59,442 nucleotides of DNA from Paraspadella gotoi (Eukaryota; Animalia; Chaetognatha), in contig JBJCIZ010000448.1 of assembly GCA_051294375.1 (NCBI GenBank), positions 1 to 59,442 of the forward strand, given 5' to 3'. The notes beneath the pieces are model-generated. The model was given only the letters and a program-made list of their open reading frames with translations. It did not search any database and was not told where the DNA came from. A program made the translations under genes and the position numbers. Of this stretch, positions 15,376 to 26,604 are shown piece after piece. Position 1 is the first letter of the stretch, and each line of letters opens with the position of its first letter.

Positions 15376-18300
15376 TCAAGAGTTCTCCGAACGTGATAAA
15401 ACGTTTTTCAGATACAGAGGATAAGTGAAAAAAAATCTATCATCGTTATCGGAATTTTGGTACAATCGTTTGGATGTGAACCGAGTAAGAAGTTTTTTAT
15501 ACTCCTTAACAATGTAAATACGTTGATTCCTTCTCCTTATTCCATGTTGGGCGACTTTCCTGGTTGGTTCGTTGGTGCTCACGGCTTTTTCATAATCGTC
15601 GATGGTGATATTATTTAAAAATACATTTCTCTTGACTCCCTTAGATTTCGCTACAGACAATTTCCCGTTTGCATTCCCGCTCGGTCGATTGCAAGGAAAG
15701 TTGGGAAGATTGGGATAGGTGTGGATCGAATACTGCTTAACGGAAGTCGCAAAAACCGTCTAAATACAGATTAATCTTATTGTTATCGTTACTGCAATTA
15801 CTTTATATTATAGCTCGATGATATTAAACTAACCTTGACCATTTTTGTACTAAGCTCGTCTTTGTAAAGTCCAGAGTTATTCTTTGTCGACTGAGCGAGA
15901 AATTTTAACATAACTTGAAGTTCCTTTTTCGCCAAGCATTGATACACGAAGGAATCCTAAACAATAAACGACAAAACCGACAATAATGTTAATATCATTA
16001 AAATAAAATCGATAAAGCAATACCTCGTTCAAACAGGAAAAATCCAATAAGGGAGTGAAAGTTTGAAGATAAATGTTGGACCAAATACTTCCGGTGAGGC
16101 TTTGGGTCAGGGCGATGTTCCTATCTGAATGTGTTAGTTCGAGTAATTCATTTCTCTCGTTTTCGGACTTCTTCCGGATGAAGCTGTAGAGAAGGCTGTC
16201 GGTATCTTGAAATAGTAACATTAAAGACTTAATTATTTCAGGGACAAAAATTGTTGCAAAGGGCAAGATGTTGCGTCGCAGCGAGTGACTACGTATATCT
16301 TAAAAAAAGTTAACCAAGNNNNNNNNNNTTAATCAAGCTTGACGGTCTCAATCCATATTTTATTAAAGATAATTTTTATATTAGTATATTTAATTTACGG
16401 ATTTTAAACGGTCACGTGACCAGGTCACGTGACTGGGTAGGTACATGCAAAAAGAGCTGCTCCGTCGACACTCGAGTCGCGATCGAAATAATATGTATCA
16501 TATNNNNNNNNNNATATCAACTTATAAATTTATATATTCTTATATACCTGTGACCATAAGTCGAGAATTAATGTTGCCGATTTTGGCGATATTGGCAACA
16601 AAAGTGAAATTCGAACGCCATAAATACAACTTAGAATTTGAATAAATTTTTGATGAGAGGTAAGGAGCGTTACGTTCCTTTATACTTAATCCGTCTTTAA
16701 GTATGACCACGGCATTTTCGCTTATTTTGCGGAAATCAAAAAAATGGACGTTATCAACTTCCTTAAAAAATTTCTCTTTTCCTATACAGATGGAGGAGTT
16801 AAGGTATTTAGATCTTTGTTCGTGCATTTTTCCATTTATTGTATTAGACAGGGCCTTTATAGCTTTACCCAAAATATTAGATTTCACTTTCGATCTCTGA
16901 TCCTGAAGGTACTGAATGTAATCGCTCAAATATCGATATGAATTAAAACGGACGATTTTAAGCACTTTCGTGATTCTCATTCCGTGGAAAATACACGAGT
17001 ACAAAAGATTCTCCACAAAATCGGAAATTTGGGTGGGTTGGGTGTGAATTGTTGAAATCAACTTCGCTGGTTCCTTATCAATCCGACGACCTAGCTTTGC
17101 AGCTGAGTCGATTTGATCGGGATGCAATTCGAAAGATCTCACCTTCCTGTTGATTGGCAGGAGGCACAGATCAAGATTAACGTCACTCGCCTCGTCCATG
17201 TCCGTCTGCGTTTCGATTACAAACAAATAGCCGACGTTGTTTACTGTTAGCTCTTGATTAAAGAATTCGACTTCGGAACTAAGCAGTTTCTCGCTCAACA
17301 TATGAAAGGTTTCAGGGTGGGTAGCTTTTTGAAGTATTTCAAATCCACTGTGCGGGAGGAAGCCATTCATCGAGAACGGATAGAGACCTTACAAGCAGAG
17401 AAATACTAANNNNNNNNNNAAAAAAACAGATTTCCTTTGTAAAAGAGGATGTTTTTAGGGAGATTTCTTGACCTACCGTTGGCGTCGATGTAGGAGGAAG
17501 TCGTTAACTCCTCCTCTTCATCAAATTTGTATCTTCCGAGAAAGGAAAAAATGGCAGCGAAACCACCCAACTAAAATGACAGATTAATCATAATTAGACT
17601 TAACATGTATATATATATAACTATATGTAGAAATAATTAAAATAAACATACCAGATTACTTTGAAAAATTTGATAAGTTTCAGAATCAAGCATCTCCAGT
17701 TGCAGTCTTTTCTCCGGTTCTCTTGGATCTTTCGCGTGGTACAAAACAGACGTAAGCGCAAGACTCGAAATAGTCTACAGAATGAAGGGATACTGATTGT
17801 ACAAACGATACCATGGACAAAAGTAAAACTTAACCATTTTTTGCTGCAGTACCATTTACCAAGAAATGTGCTGGATAAAAGCCCACGACCTCATGTAATT
17901 TTTCAAAGAGGAATTTCATTGTATCCGCGAGGTTTAAGGAATCCCAGATATTATAAAAAAAAATTACGTTGAACAAATTTTTAGCGTTTAATCCGTGCCA
18001 GACCAATTTGAAGATGTCATAGTCCTCCTGAGAAATCTCACTTTTTCCGCTTAATTCCGAGTAAAAATCCTCTATAGGCGGAACTTGTTTAATATTTTCC
18101 ATTGCTTCGAAACTGCTCAGTAGTTTGAACGGCATCACAACTTTTTGACGGATCAAGAATTCAAAAAACGAATCTGTAAAGTCGCAATCTTTAATAAATT
18201 CGTAAGTGGAAGAAAACATCTCCGCGAGAGACTTCTCGTCGTTGTTGCAGGCCGTTGTGTAACAATCCTTGATGATATAACTGAGTGGGTGAGAGATCAA

Positions 18301-20853
18301 CAAAAAACTGTCCGCGATAACTATGTACCTATCCGAAAAGCACTTAAGAGGGAAACCGTGAATTCTCGCAAATTCTTGTCGCTCATCCTTTGAACGAGAA
18401 CACTTTGGACACATTGAAGGAAGATGACAAGAAAATTTAAATCGAATCGACAGAGGAGTGTTCTCGTTTCCGCTAAAAAGCACCTTCGGAGCCTCCCTAA
18501 TTATAGGTTTGAAGACCGGATTCCCCAACACGTCGTGTGACACGTTGGTGCAGTGCGTTGCGGCCTCGATAAGACTTTGCAGTAAGAAAATCCATCGTAG
18601 TGACTAGAATAGTGACAAAAAATAGTATGGTTGATTTTATGCGGTAAAAAATCCACAAGATTCAAGTTGCAACCTGCACAAGTCAAAAATCTCATTTCTT
18701 TTTTCCCTGTGTAGACGTGGGAGTGGTCCAAAGTTTTTTTTAAAGTATAAACCCTACCCGTATACTTATTCTTAGATTTAGTTTGGAATTTTTTTCCACA
18801 CAAATCACAAAAGCTCTGTAGATTATATTTAATTCTTTCCTCTAAAGTTAATTCGTGCAGTTTGGGTATTCCTTTATCTGCTTTATAGACTTTCTGAATA
18901 TATTGGTGTAACTTCCACGCATCGTCCCTGAGTCCTAAAAGAAGTTGAATGAAAAAATCTCTCTCGGTTTGTATTCTCTCATCCAAAAATTTACATCGGG
19001 GTTTTCTTAATTCCTTCGGTAAGGGAAAGTCCTTCTCATAGAGTCCCTTATGTACCAAGCTATAAGACAGCACCTTTTGCTCACTGACGGCGCTATTGGG
19101 AGGGGGGGGGGTGTTGACTGAAACACGTGCGTTTTCGCTGCGATCGATTGGAACGGTGACAGCCTCAAAATCCATGCAGGAAAAAAATAAAGGTTTAATT
19201 TTTTTGTAGAGCATCCCCCTTTCAAACCGAAGAACATTTTTTTCAAGCTCGCCAGTCCACGGATTTTCTACATGGGTCACGTGTACTGTCTTATTTGAAG
19301 CCTCTCGTCGTCCCAGTCCCGACGAGAATGCTTGACATATCTCAATATGATCGGAATAAGTTCTTTCGTTAGCGAACAAAGTAACACACTTGCGGCATAC
19401 ATATCTGAATCTATTTGAATTAAATTTTTTTTCGATGTTTGATTGAAACGATAGCAAAAGCCTGGCCAAGTTAGAAATAAACAGTATATGATCCGTTTCG
19501 TTGTGTTTTAAGTTAAAATTTTTTTCGGGGGGATTCTCTCTGATGCAGGGAGTGTCCGCCAACAAGTCGATTTGATGATAGTTATCGTCGTTATGGTGCG
19601 AGCTCAATGCGATTGGAAAGATCGAATAGGCTTTAAAATTAAGTGCCTTGCGGATTTTAAAAAGATTAAGAGATATCCCCTCAAAAAACGTTAATTCGGG
19701 GTAAAATTTAATTAAAGAATCCGGTATCGGAGAATTTAGTTTTTCAAGCTTCGAGAAATCATTAACGTTTAACCCATCGTCGTCGATATTTATCAAGTTG
19801 CCTGTTTCAATCGCCGAGACAACCTCTTTGGCGTATTTCTTAGGAATACGTGTTAAGGTTTTAGTGCCAAATTTGTTTTCGAGGCTAAGCATTACCCCGT
19901 ACAGAACACATAATTTCGTTCCTTCATTGACCAAAACATAGTTATCCGTATCAAAGACATTCCTCATGAAAGCAGACCGCAATTCGGATTTAAAAATTTT
20001 TTCTTCGTTCAAAGCCCCGTATCTTATCAAATTATTCGTAGAAGGAACGGCGACATGTCGAACGTGCAGTGTGTTGATGTACAAATATGTCCACCCCGAC
20101 TCACGCAAGTCCGACATATAGTGCACGTGCGAAACCAAAAAATTAGTAAAAGAATGCAAGAGGTTTGATATGAAGACTTCCTTGTCTTGGAGCCCTTCCA
20201 TGATAAAATGCTGATTTCTATACGATATCCATTGCGAGATTCTATCGTTCAAGTCGGAGGCTCTCCCGAATTCGACCTCTTTGCGAAAGAAAGAAAAAAA
20301 AGAGAAAAAAAAATGTCAGTTAAATAGATAGAAAGGAAAATAGATAGAAAAAAGAAAGAAAGAAAGAATGAAAGAAAGAAAAAGTAAGAAAAATTAAACA
20401 TATATTATAATATTATTATTATTATCATTATTATTATTATCATCGTCTTTATTATTATCATCATTATTATTATCGTCGTTACTGTCTATGACTAATTTAT
20501 TACACACCTGCAGCGATCCAGACCAGGTAACGGAGAGGATGTTGTTGAGCGTCTCTTGGGGATAGGAGTTGCCTCAAATAAGCTTGAGCGTGTAATAAGT
20601 AGCATCTCAATTCGGTTTCAAGAAGCAGTCTCTTACTACCCTCTAATCGCCAATCTCTCGTCATCACTCGTTTACTAGAAGCTCCCGTAAAGAGGTCACT
20701 GGTTGTATAACTATAGATTCTCAAAGTATTCTCGTTTATTTCCTCCAAGATAGGAGAATTTAAAAGTTCGTTTATCAGTTCATTTTCATCGTCTGANNNN
20801 NNNNNNTCGTTTTGATAGTTTTCCATACTCGATTTTTTAAAAGTTACTGACAT
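15376..20853 (-). CDS. polB: Protein-primed family B DNA polymerase (pPolB), 8 exons, ~1,530 aa
   Basis: Exons 20853(or ATG 20826)-20508, 20278-17860, 17774-17652, 17570-17477, 17387-16548, 16298-16024, 15956-15834, 15759-15376; all GT-AG introns restore frame. Motifs: N-terminal ESGW, C2HC finger, ExoI CMDFEA, EndoVII-like CDLC..DHSH..CAGCNL, ExoII HYSSHYDG, ExoIII YNIWD, PolA YIDANG|LYP, PolB KALSNTINGK, PolC QDTDS, GLYKDE, KSKGVK. One 1-nt frameshift in a T-run near 18590 (probably a sequencing error). Confidence 0.96.
16410..16434. promoter_or_regulatory. Tandem palindromic E-boxes GGTCACGTGACC / GGTCACGTGACT in polB intron 5
   Basis: Two adjacent GTCACGTGAC (USF/MiT-TFE-type) motifs in an otherwise AT-rich intron 16299-16547; minus-strand TATAAAA at 16380-16374. 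Confidence 0.5.
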
Positions 20854-20879
20854 GCGAAAAAGTTAATGTTAGATAATAA

Positions 20880-21575
20880 TCAATTTTTAAGAAAATCATC
20901 CTGTTCTTTCATCGACAAATAAGGGTTTATGCCTTTCGGTGAATAAACTTCAACAAATTGAAAAAAAACTTGTTCAGAGTCTTTAGCGGTATTATCAATA
21001 TCGATATCCTTAACTACGATGCACCGTTCCAAGATTATCCCATCGTGACGTAAGATTTCTGGAGGATGCCTTTCGTCGTACCCTCCAGAGATGTCGCGAA
21101 TCTCCGCCGCTTTCTCGTCCCCCGAACATGAGCTATCGTCGGCTTCTTGAACACTGTAACAAAGAAAAAAGGGATATTAACTCGCGAGAAGAAAAATAGC
21201 ATCTTTTTCTTTTTTTAAAAATTATTTTGTAGGCAACGTGATTGATTAAAATTNNNNNNNNNNNNNNNNNNNNNAAAAAACTCACATCTGAATAAGATCG
21301 CGGATGTGATCTCGAAAGCGAAGGAGTTCTCGCATCCTCCGAGGTCTCACGCGGAAATAGGCGGCACGCGCAAGCGCAAAAAAAGACAGGGGAAGTCTCG
21401 AACGTCCGACTTCGCGAAAACCCGTCGCTTCGTGATGCAGAAGTATCTTTTCAAGCTCTCGATTGTTAATGTCTCTTTTTTCTTCATCGGCGAAAAGATC
21501 ATTCAAGAGTTTCAACACAGCGACGAGACACACTGTCTTTGGAATCGTTTCTAGTTTTAGATCTTCAGAATCCAT
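20880..21575 (-). CDS. Unknown-family paralogue C (2 exons)
   Basis: MDSEDLKLETIPKTVCLVAVLKLL...EATGFREVGRSRLPLSFFALARAAYFR. Phase-2 intron (AT|gtgagt...ttacag|T), then exon VQEADD...DDFLKN*. Confidence 0.7.
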
Positions 21576-21699
21576 TTTTTTTCGCCCTGCTTTTTTTCAA
21601 TCTGGACAAATTTGAAGAAAACACAACATTGATTAAAAAAAAATCGACAAAAAGAACAAAACGAGAGAATATTCTAATACATTTTTTATTTTTACTAAA

Positions 21700-22590
21700 A
21701 CAGTGAGAGGGATCGGATTATTGATTGTACCACATGTCTTTTTTTTCTACCTCCGTAAAAACATTGCCCTCCTCGACGACGTATAGCCGCCCATGTTTCA
21801 CCTCTCCGTCTCTCCTGTCCTCCACCGAAAAAGTTTTTTTTTTCATCACCAAACCATCGACATTCACCACAATCCTATCAGGATTCCTTTCCTCTCTGCC
21901 CTCGTCAATGAATGAAGCTCCTTGGGAATCTCAATTCGATTCGAAGGTTCGTCCGTCGCATCGAGGCTGTTAAAGAAAAGGAGAAAGATTGAGACGAGAT
22001 GATTCGGATCGATTCTTTGTTTCTTTTCATCAAGAAATTGATTTTACGTAAATTTGCAGATAAACAGGTATACTTAAAGTTAAATAAATAAATAAATAAA
22101 TATATTATAAAGAAAAACTTACATTTCTTTCACATTCCAGACGTGTTCAGTAAACCCGTCCAAGTGATTGTCATTTTTGTCAAGAACGGCGAAGAACGTG
22201 TTCGAAGCAGACACCACGAATCAAACTGAGGAGAGAGAGAGAAGGAAGAGAGAGAGAAGCGGGTTGGGAATTAGATCGAATGTTAATTTATTTTTGTATG
22301 AATATGAAATCCTACTTTTGGAGAAAAAAAAATAAAAATAAAAATTATTACCCTATTTCACTAACCAGTAGTCTCGTTCCGCCGAGTTCTGCAAAGCCTT
22401 CATTCTCCTTATCGAAGAGCCTGTCGAGGACGAGTCGATTAGTAACCTTGACGCCAGAGTCGACAAAGGATTCCTTCAAGAATTGAAGGAACGAGAGAAC
22501 GCCTTTCAAGGCGACGGTTCTTTTGGGTTGGAGTCTTCGTCTCCTTCTGACCTCTCTGGCCATCTCTTGCCAAACAGTTAAGGCCTCCAT
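21700..22590 (-). CDS. Unknown-family paralogue B (3 exons; 3' end approximate)
   Basis: MEALTVW...KRTVALKGVLSFL...ENEGFAELGGTRLLVSEIG|LIRGVCF...|LDATDEPSNRIEI; two phase-2 GT-AG introns. Confidence 0.7.
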
Positions 22591-22732
22591 TGTATTTGGA
22601 AAAAAGTTTTCAAATTCTAGTTTCTGATACAAGGGAAATGTTAATAGATATGTTTTCATGTTTTTAAAGAGAGACAAGTACATAGCAGGGTTATATAATT
22701 CTAAGAGAAACTGATAAACTACTTTTGTCTAT

Positions 22733-23491
22733 TTAGTTAAGTCGTAGACGTTTAATTTGTCGTATCAATTCCTCTCTCGCGTTTTTCCCGACCTCGACGT
22801 AAACGTTTCGATAAGACAAAACCGAATCATCGTCGTCGTCATCCTCATCGTCGCCGCTTCTCGTCCAATTCGTGTAATCTGCCGTGAACCTGACGACGTT
22901 CAAGTACGACGTTGCCTTGCGCAATGATGCGTGGGGGATTCCGGCGATGTCGCCCTCCCACGATGTGGTGGGCGTATCTCGGTTTATCACGATCCGAGGC
23001 GCTTGATCGGCGAGGTCAAGACTGTGGGAAACGTAAAAAGCAAAAAAAAAAAAAACGTGTTACATCTGTAAGTAGAAATTTGTTTTTATATTTTTAAAAG
23101 AAAACTATGATCTTACACGTCATCGAGCTTGACTACATAATTTTTAAACTCCCGAGTATGTTTTCATTTTTTTCTGGTTTCTTTCGGAAAAATGCGGCCC
23201 GGTGGAGAGCCCTGACAAAAAAAATTTAATATTAGTTTCATCCGTAGCCCTGTGTAACCGCCGTGTTAATCAATTCATGTTTTTTTGTGATTTATTTCTC
23301 ATTTACCATTCGTGCAATGGCAGTCTGTTGTCTCCCAGTTCTTCGAACCCCTCTTTCTCTTGTCTCATGACCTCTCTTTCAAGATTAGCCTTCGTCGGTC
23401 GACCACGTCGTCCATATTTCTCCTTCAGAAATAGGTGTACTCCCTTGAGGCACACGGTTTTTACAGCTGCGGGGGTTTGTTCTTCAGTCAT
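22733..23491 (-). CDS. Unknown-family paralogue A (3 exons)
   Basis: MTEEQTPAAVKTVCLKGVHLFL...EKEGFEELGDNRLPLHEW|ALHRAAFFR...|LDLADQAPRIVINR...RLRLN*; first intron 23306-23212. Confidence 0.72.
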
Positions 23492-23616
23492 GTCTTTTAG
23501 TTGTTTTTTTAAAAAAACTACAGCAAAACAAAAAACAATTTCTATTTCTGAGGAAAATATTTTCTGACACTTTGAATAACATTTGTTGAATAATACTAAA
23601 TCCAAGCAAAATCAAG

Positions 23617-26438
23617 TTATTTACATTGGCTATACAAAACCTTTGATATTACAGTCCTCCTCGTACCCCCCTCTCCCCCCCCCCCCACAATCTCTCTAAT
23701 CCGACTCTCCGAATCAGATCGAATCGTTTTACTACTCTTCTTTTCTCTTTTTGTTTTTCTGACAAGACTGCGGCGGCGAGCCGGATCGGTAGAGGAGGAA
23801 GAAGAGGAAGGGTCTGAAGAAGAGCAAGAGGACGAGGAAGGGGAAGATGAAGAGTCGGAGGACCAAGATGAAGAGGAGGATAATGAACTAGAGTCGTCTT
23901 TGGAATTTTCCATCGAATTCTGTCTGCCGGGCTTCTTCTTTTCATCGCCGCTCCTCCTCGCGAACAACTGTTTCTTTTTTTGTTTTTCTTCTTTTTTTCG
24001 TCTTTCGACGTCCTCCCCTGCTGCGGCTGCTGACCATCTTGTTTCTTCGTGTTTTTCCTTCTCGTCTCATCGTTACTTTTACTCTCTTCATAACTTTTCC
24101 TTGCCTTTTTCTTTACGCTTTCGTCTTTCCCCTCATCGCCTCTCTCTCTCTCTTTTTTTTTCTGTTTTCGTTTATCGGTCTTGCGTTTGTTCCTATTTGT
24201 ACTTCTCTCTTTTTTTCTTTCTTTTTCTTCATTTTTTTTAAAAGATTCTCCGCTATCTGTTTTCCTTTCCGCGCTTCTTTCTTTTTTCTTATTTTTCTCC
24301 TCTACATTCCGTTCCTTACTTCTTTCTGTTTCGTTCCGGTCTTTACCCTTTTTCTTCTGACTTTCCCTCCCTTCCTTGACCTCGTCGTCAAGAAACAAAC
24401 AACCTCCGCCTACCGATTTTTGTTTTCCCGCTTCGACGGTCTCGTCGATCTCCTCTTCCGTAGAACTCGAAGCAACGAGGTCTTGACGAGAATCCCTGGA
24501 TAGTGAGACAACTTCGCTACAACTCAATTCGGGGTGATACCGCATCGATTGTCTGCTACAACTTGAGCTTGCGGCTTCCTCGTTCTCGTTACTGACGTCG
24601 ATGGGGGTTGGAGAGGAGGTTGAACTGTCGCGAACAAGCGAGGACGATGGAGATTTTTTCGTTACAACTTCCTTCGCCGAATTAGACAGCAAACTCCTGA
24701 ACGATGGTTTACGAGTTGAGAAATTCTGCTCCCTCTCCTTCACCCCAACCACCATTTCCGATTCATCGTTGTCGCTGTGCTCTTTCATCGTCTCGAAAGT
24801 GTTTTCGTCGACCGACTTTTCCGCAACGGGAATATATTCTGAGTGAGACTTCATTTTATTCAAGAAAAGCTTAACCTGTTTCGCTAAAATTTCTGTTTCC
24901 TTCTCTTGTCTGGCGGCGATGGAGATTTTAGTTTCGAAAGGTCGATCGGAGATGAACGGATTTCCGTAGAAATACGAACTGGCGATCATTCTAGGAATAC
25001 AAAGGTTCGTCATATGTTTGTCTCTTTCTGTTTTGTTAGGGAATAACAAAAGACACAAATCACACTTGACCAGAAAATAACTCTCGCTTATTTCAGATTT
25101 TACAGAGTCCCAAAAATATTCGCTCTTAAGCTGTTGATGAAAGGAGAGAAAACGATCTTCCTTACTGTGAAGTAACAGACAGTGTCGATTCAAACAATCT
25201 TCGCAACAGACGATAGATGTAGAAGTATATTTTTCTGGCTGAACGTTGCATCGCCCGCAAACTAGAAGCAAACCGTGTTCGCTTGCGGTTTTGGAAGACT
25301 GGGTCTTTTTCGAGAAATCGCTTAATCTGCCGAGAGGAGAGTGGTGTTTCAGGAAGTGAGCCTTCACCTCCAGACTGTTTTCGAAAACTCGAGNNNNNNN
25401 NNNNNNNNNNNNNNNNNGAGCCTCGGGATTAAACTCGAAAGAAGATTTTTTTTTTACTTGTTCACTAAACGGTGTCGCTGAGACACAGTGAAAGCAATTG
25501 AAGCACATTCCTATTCTATCCTCGTTGTTGATCAAATTGTAGTGGATTCCCTTTTGACTTGCAATTTTCTTGATAACGCTCTCGACGACAGTCGCTGGTA
25601 CATATCGAATTTCCTTTGGATTGCTGTCAAAATATTCCGCGAGAGGAAGGGTTTTTTGCTTGTGTCCCAGATAAAAGTTGGCGTTTCTTCTAGCGAATTC
25701 TCNNNNNNNNNNNNNNNNNNNNNTCGGATCGGAGATGACGCCATTTTCCGCCTTCAAGAAATTCTTAAGTAAATTTTTAAATCCTACATTTTCAAACGAG
25801 ACGAGACAAGGATTGGCCAGCACCAAGTTTAGACAATACATAGGAGTTAAGGTTAAAGGGTACAGGACAGTGGTTTTTCCTTTTTTCTTTGGGACAAGAT
25901 CGTTTTTCTTTTTACTTTCGCAGACAAAGGCGACGAGGGATTCGTAATTCGGAAAGGCCATCGCTTTCACAAGATGCAGGTTTTCGAGGACATGATTGGA
26001 AAGATCATTCCCCCCCCCTTCTTCGTTGCTGTTCAAAACACTCAGACGAATTCTTTCCTTTAAACCGTCGCCTTCCTCCTTGCTGACTGTGATTTTATCT
26101 ACGATCGAATAAATCTGTTTCATTATCTTAACCTTTTCACTCTCACCATCGCGAGGTCTTGAAACGGCCTGAGAAAAAAGTTTTTTTACAGTCTCTTCAC
26201 TCGTCAACGATCCGGCGCTCGAGTTAACTTCCAACCGCCGACTCTCTGGAAACGACATCTCATCCAATTTAGCTAATTTACGTGTAATAAAATGCTCAGG
26301 ATCGGCTAAGGTTTTTGCTAAACCTAAAAAGTTCTGGTGTTTTTCAATCTTGACAATTTTTTTTATATCTCTATTTCTAGTCTTTACCACATTCCAATTT
26401 TTGTTTTTCAAAAAGCATACAACAAACAAATAAAACAA
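23617..26438 (-). CDS. Large Cys/His zinc-finger protein with Ser-rich and Lys/Glu-rich low-complexity C-terminus (~930 aa; start uncertain)
   Basis: 929-aa ORF with CFNCFHC...FENSLEVKAHFLKHH, CGRC...CCEDCLNRHCLLLH and CDLCLLLFPNKTERDKHMTNLC. The tail probably shifts into the Ser-rich 23617-23967 frame. Confidence 0.75.
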
Positions 26439-26604
26439 ACAAGTTTGTTTTGCGTGTCAAATAGTAGTAAGTAGGAAAAGGATATGGGAGAGAGAGTGTG
26501 GGGTTAGCGATTATAGTTTATCGAGAGAGAGAGAGAGAGGGATAAAAAACAAAAAAACATTTGAATAGTCCAACAGTCGGAATCGTCAAGAATTTTTGTC
26601 TTAC

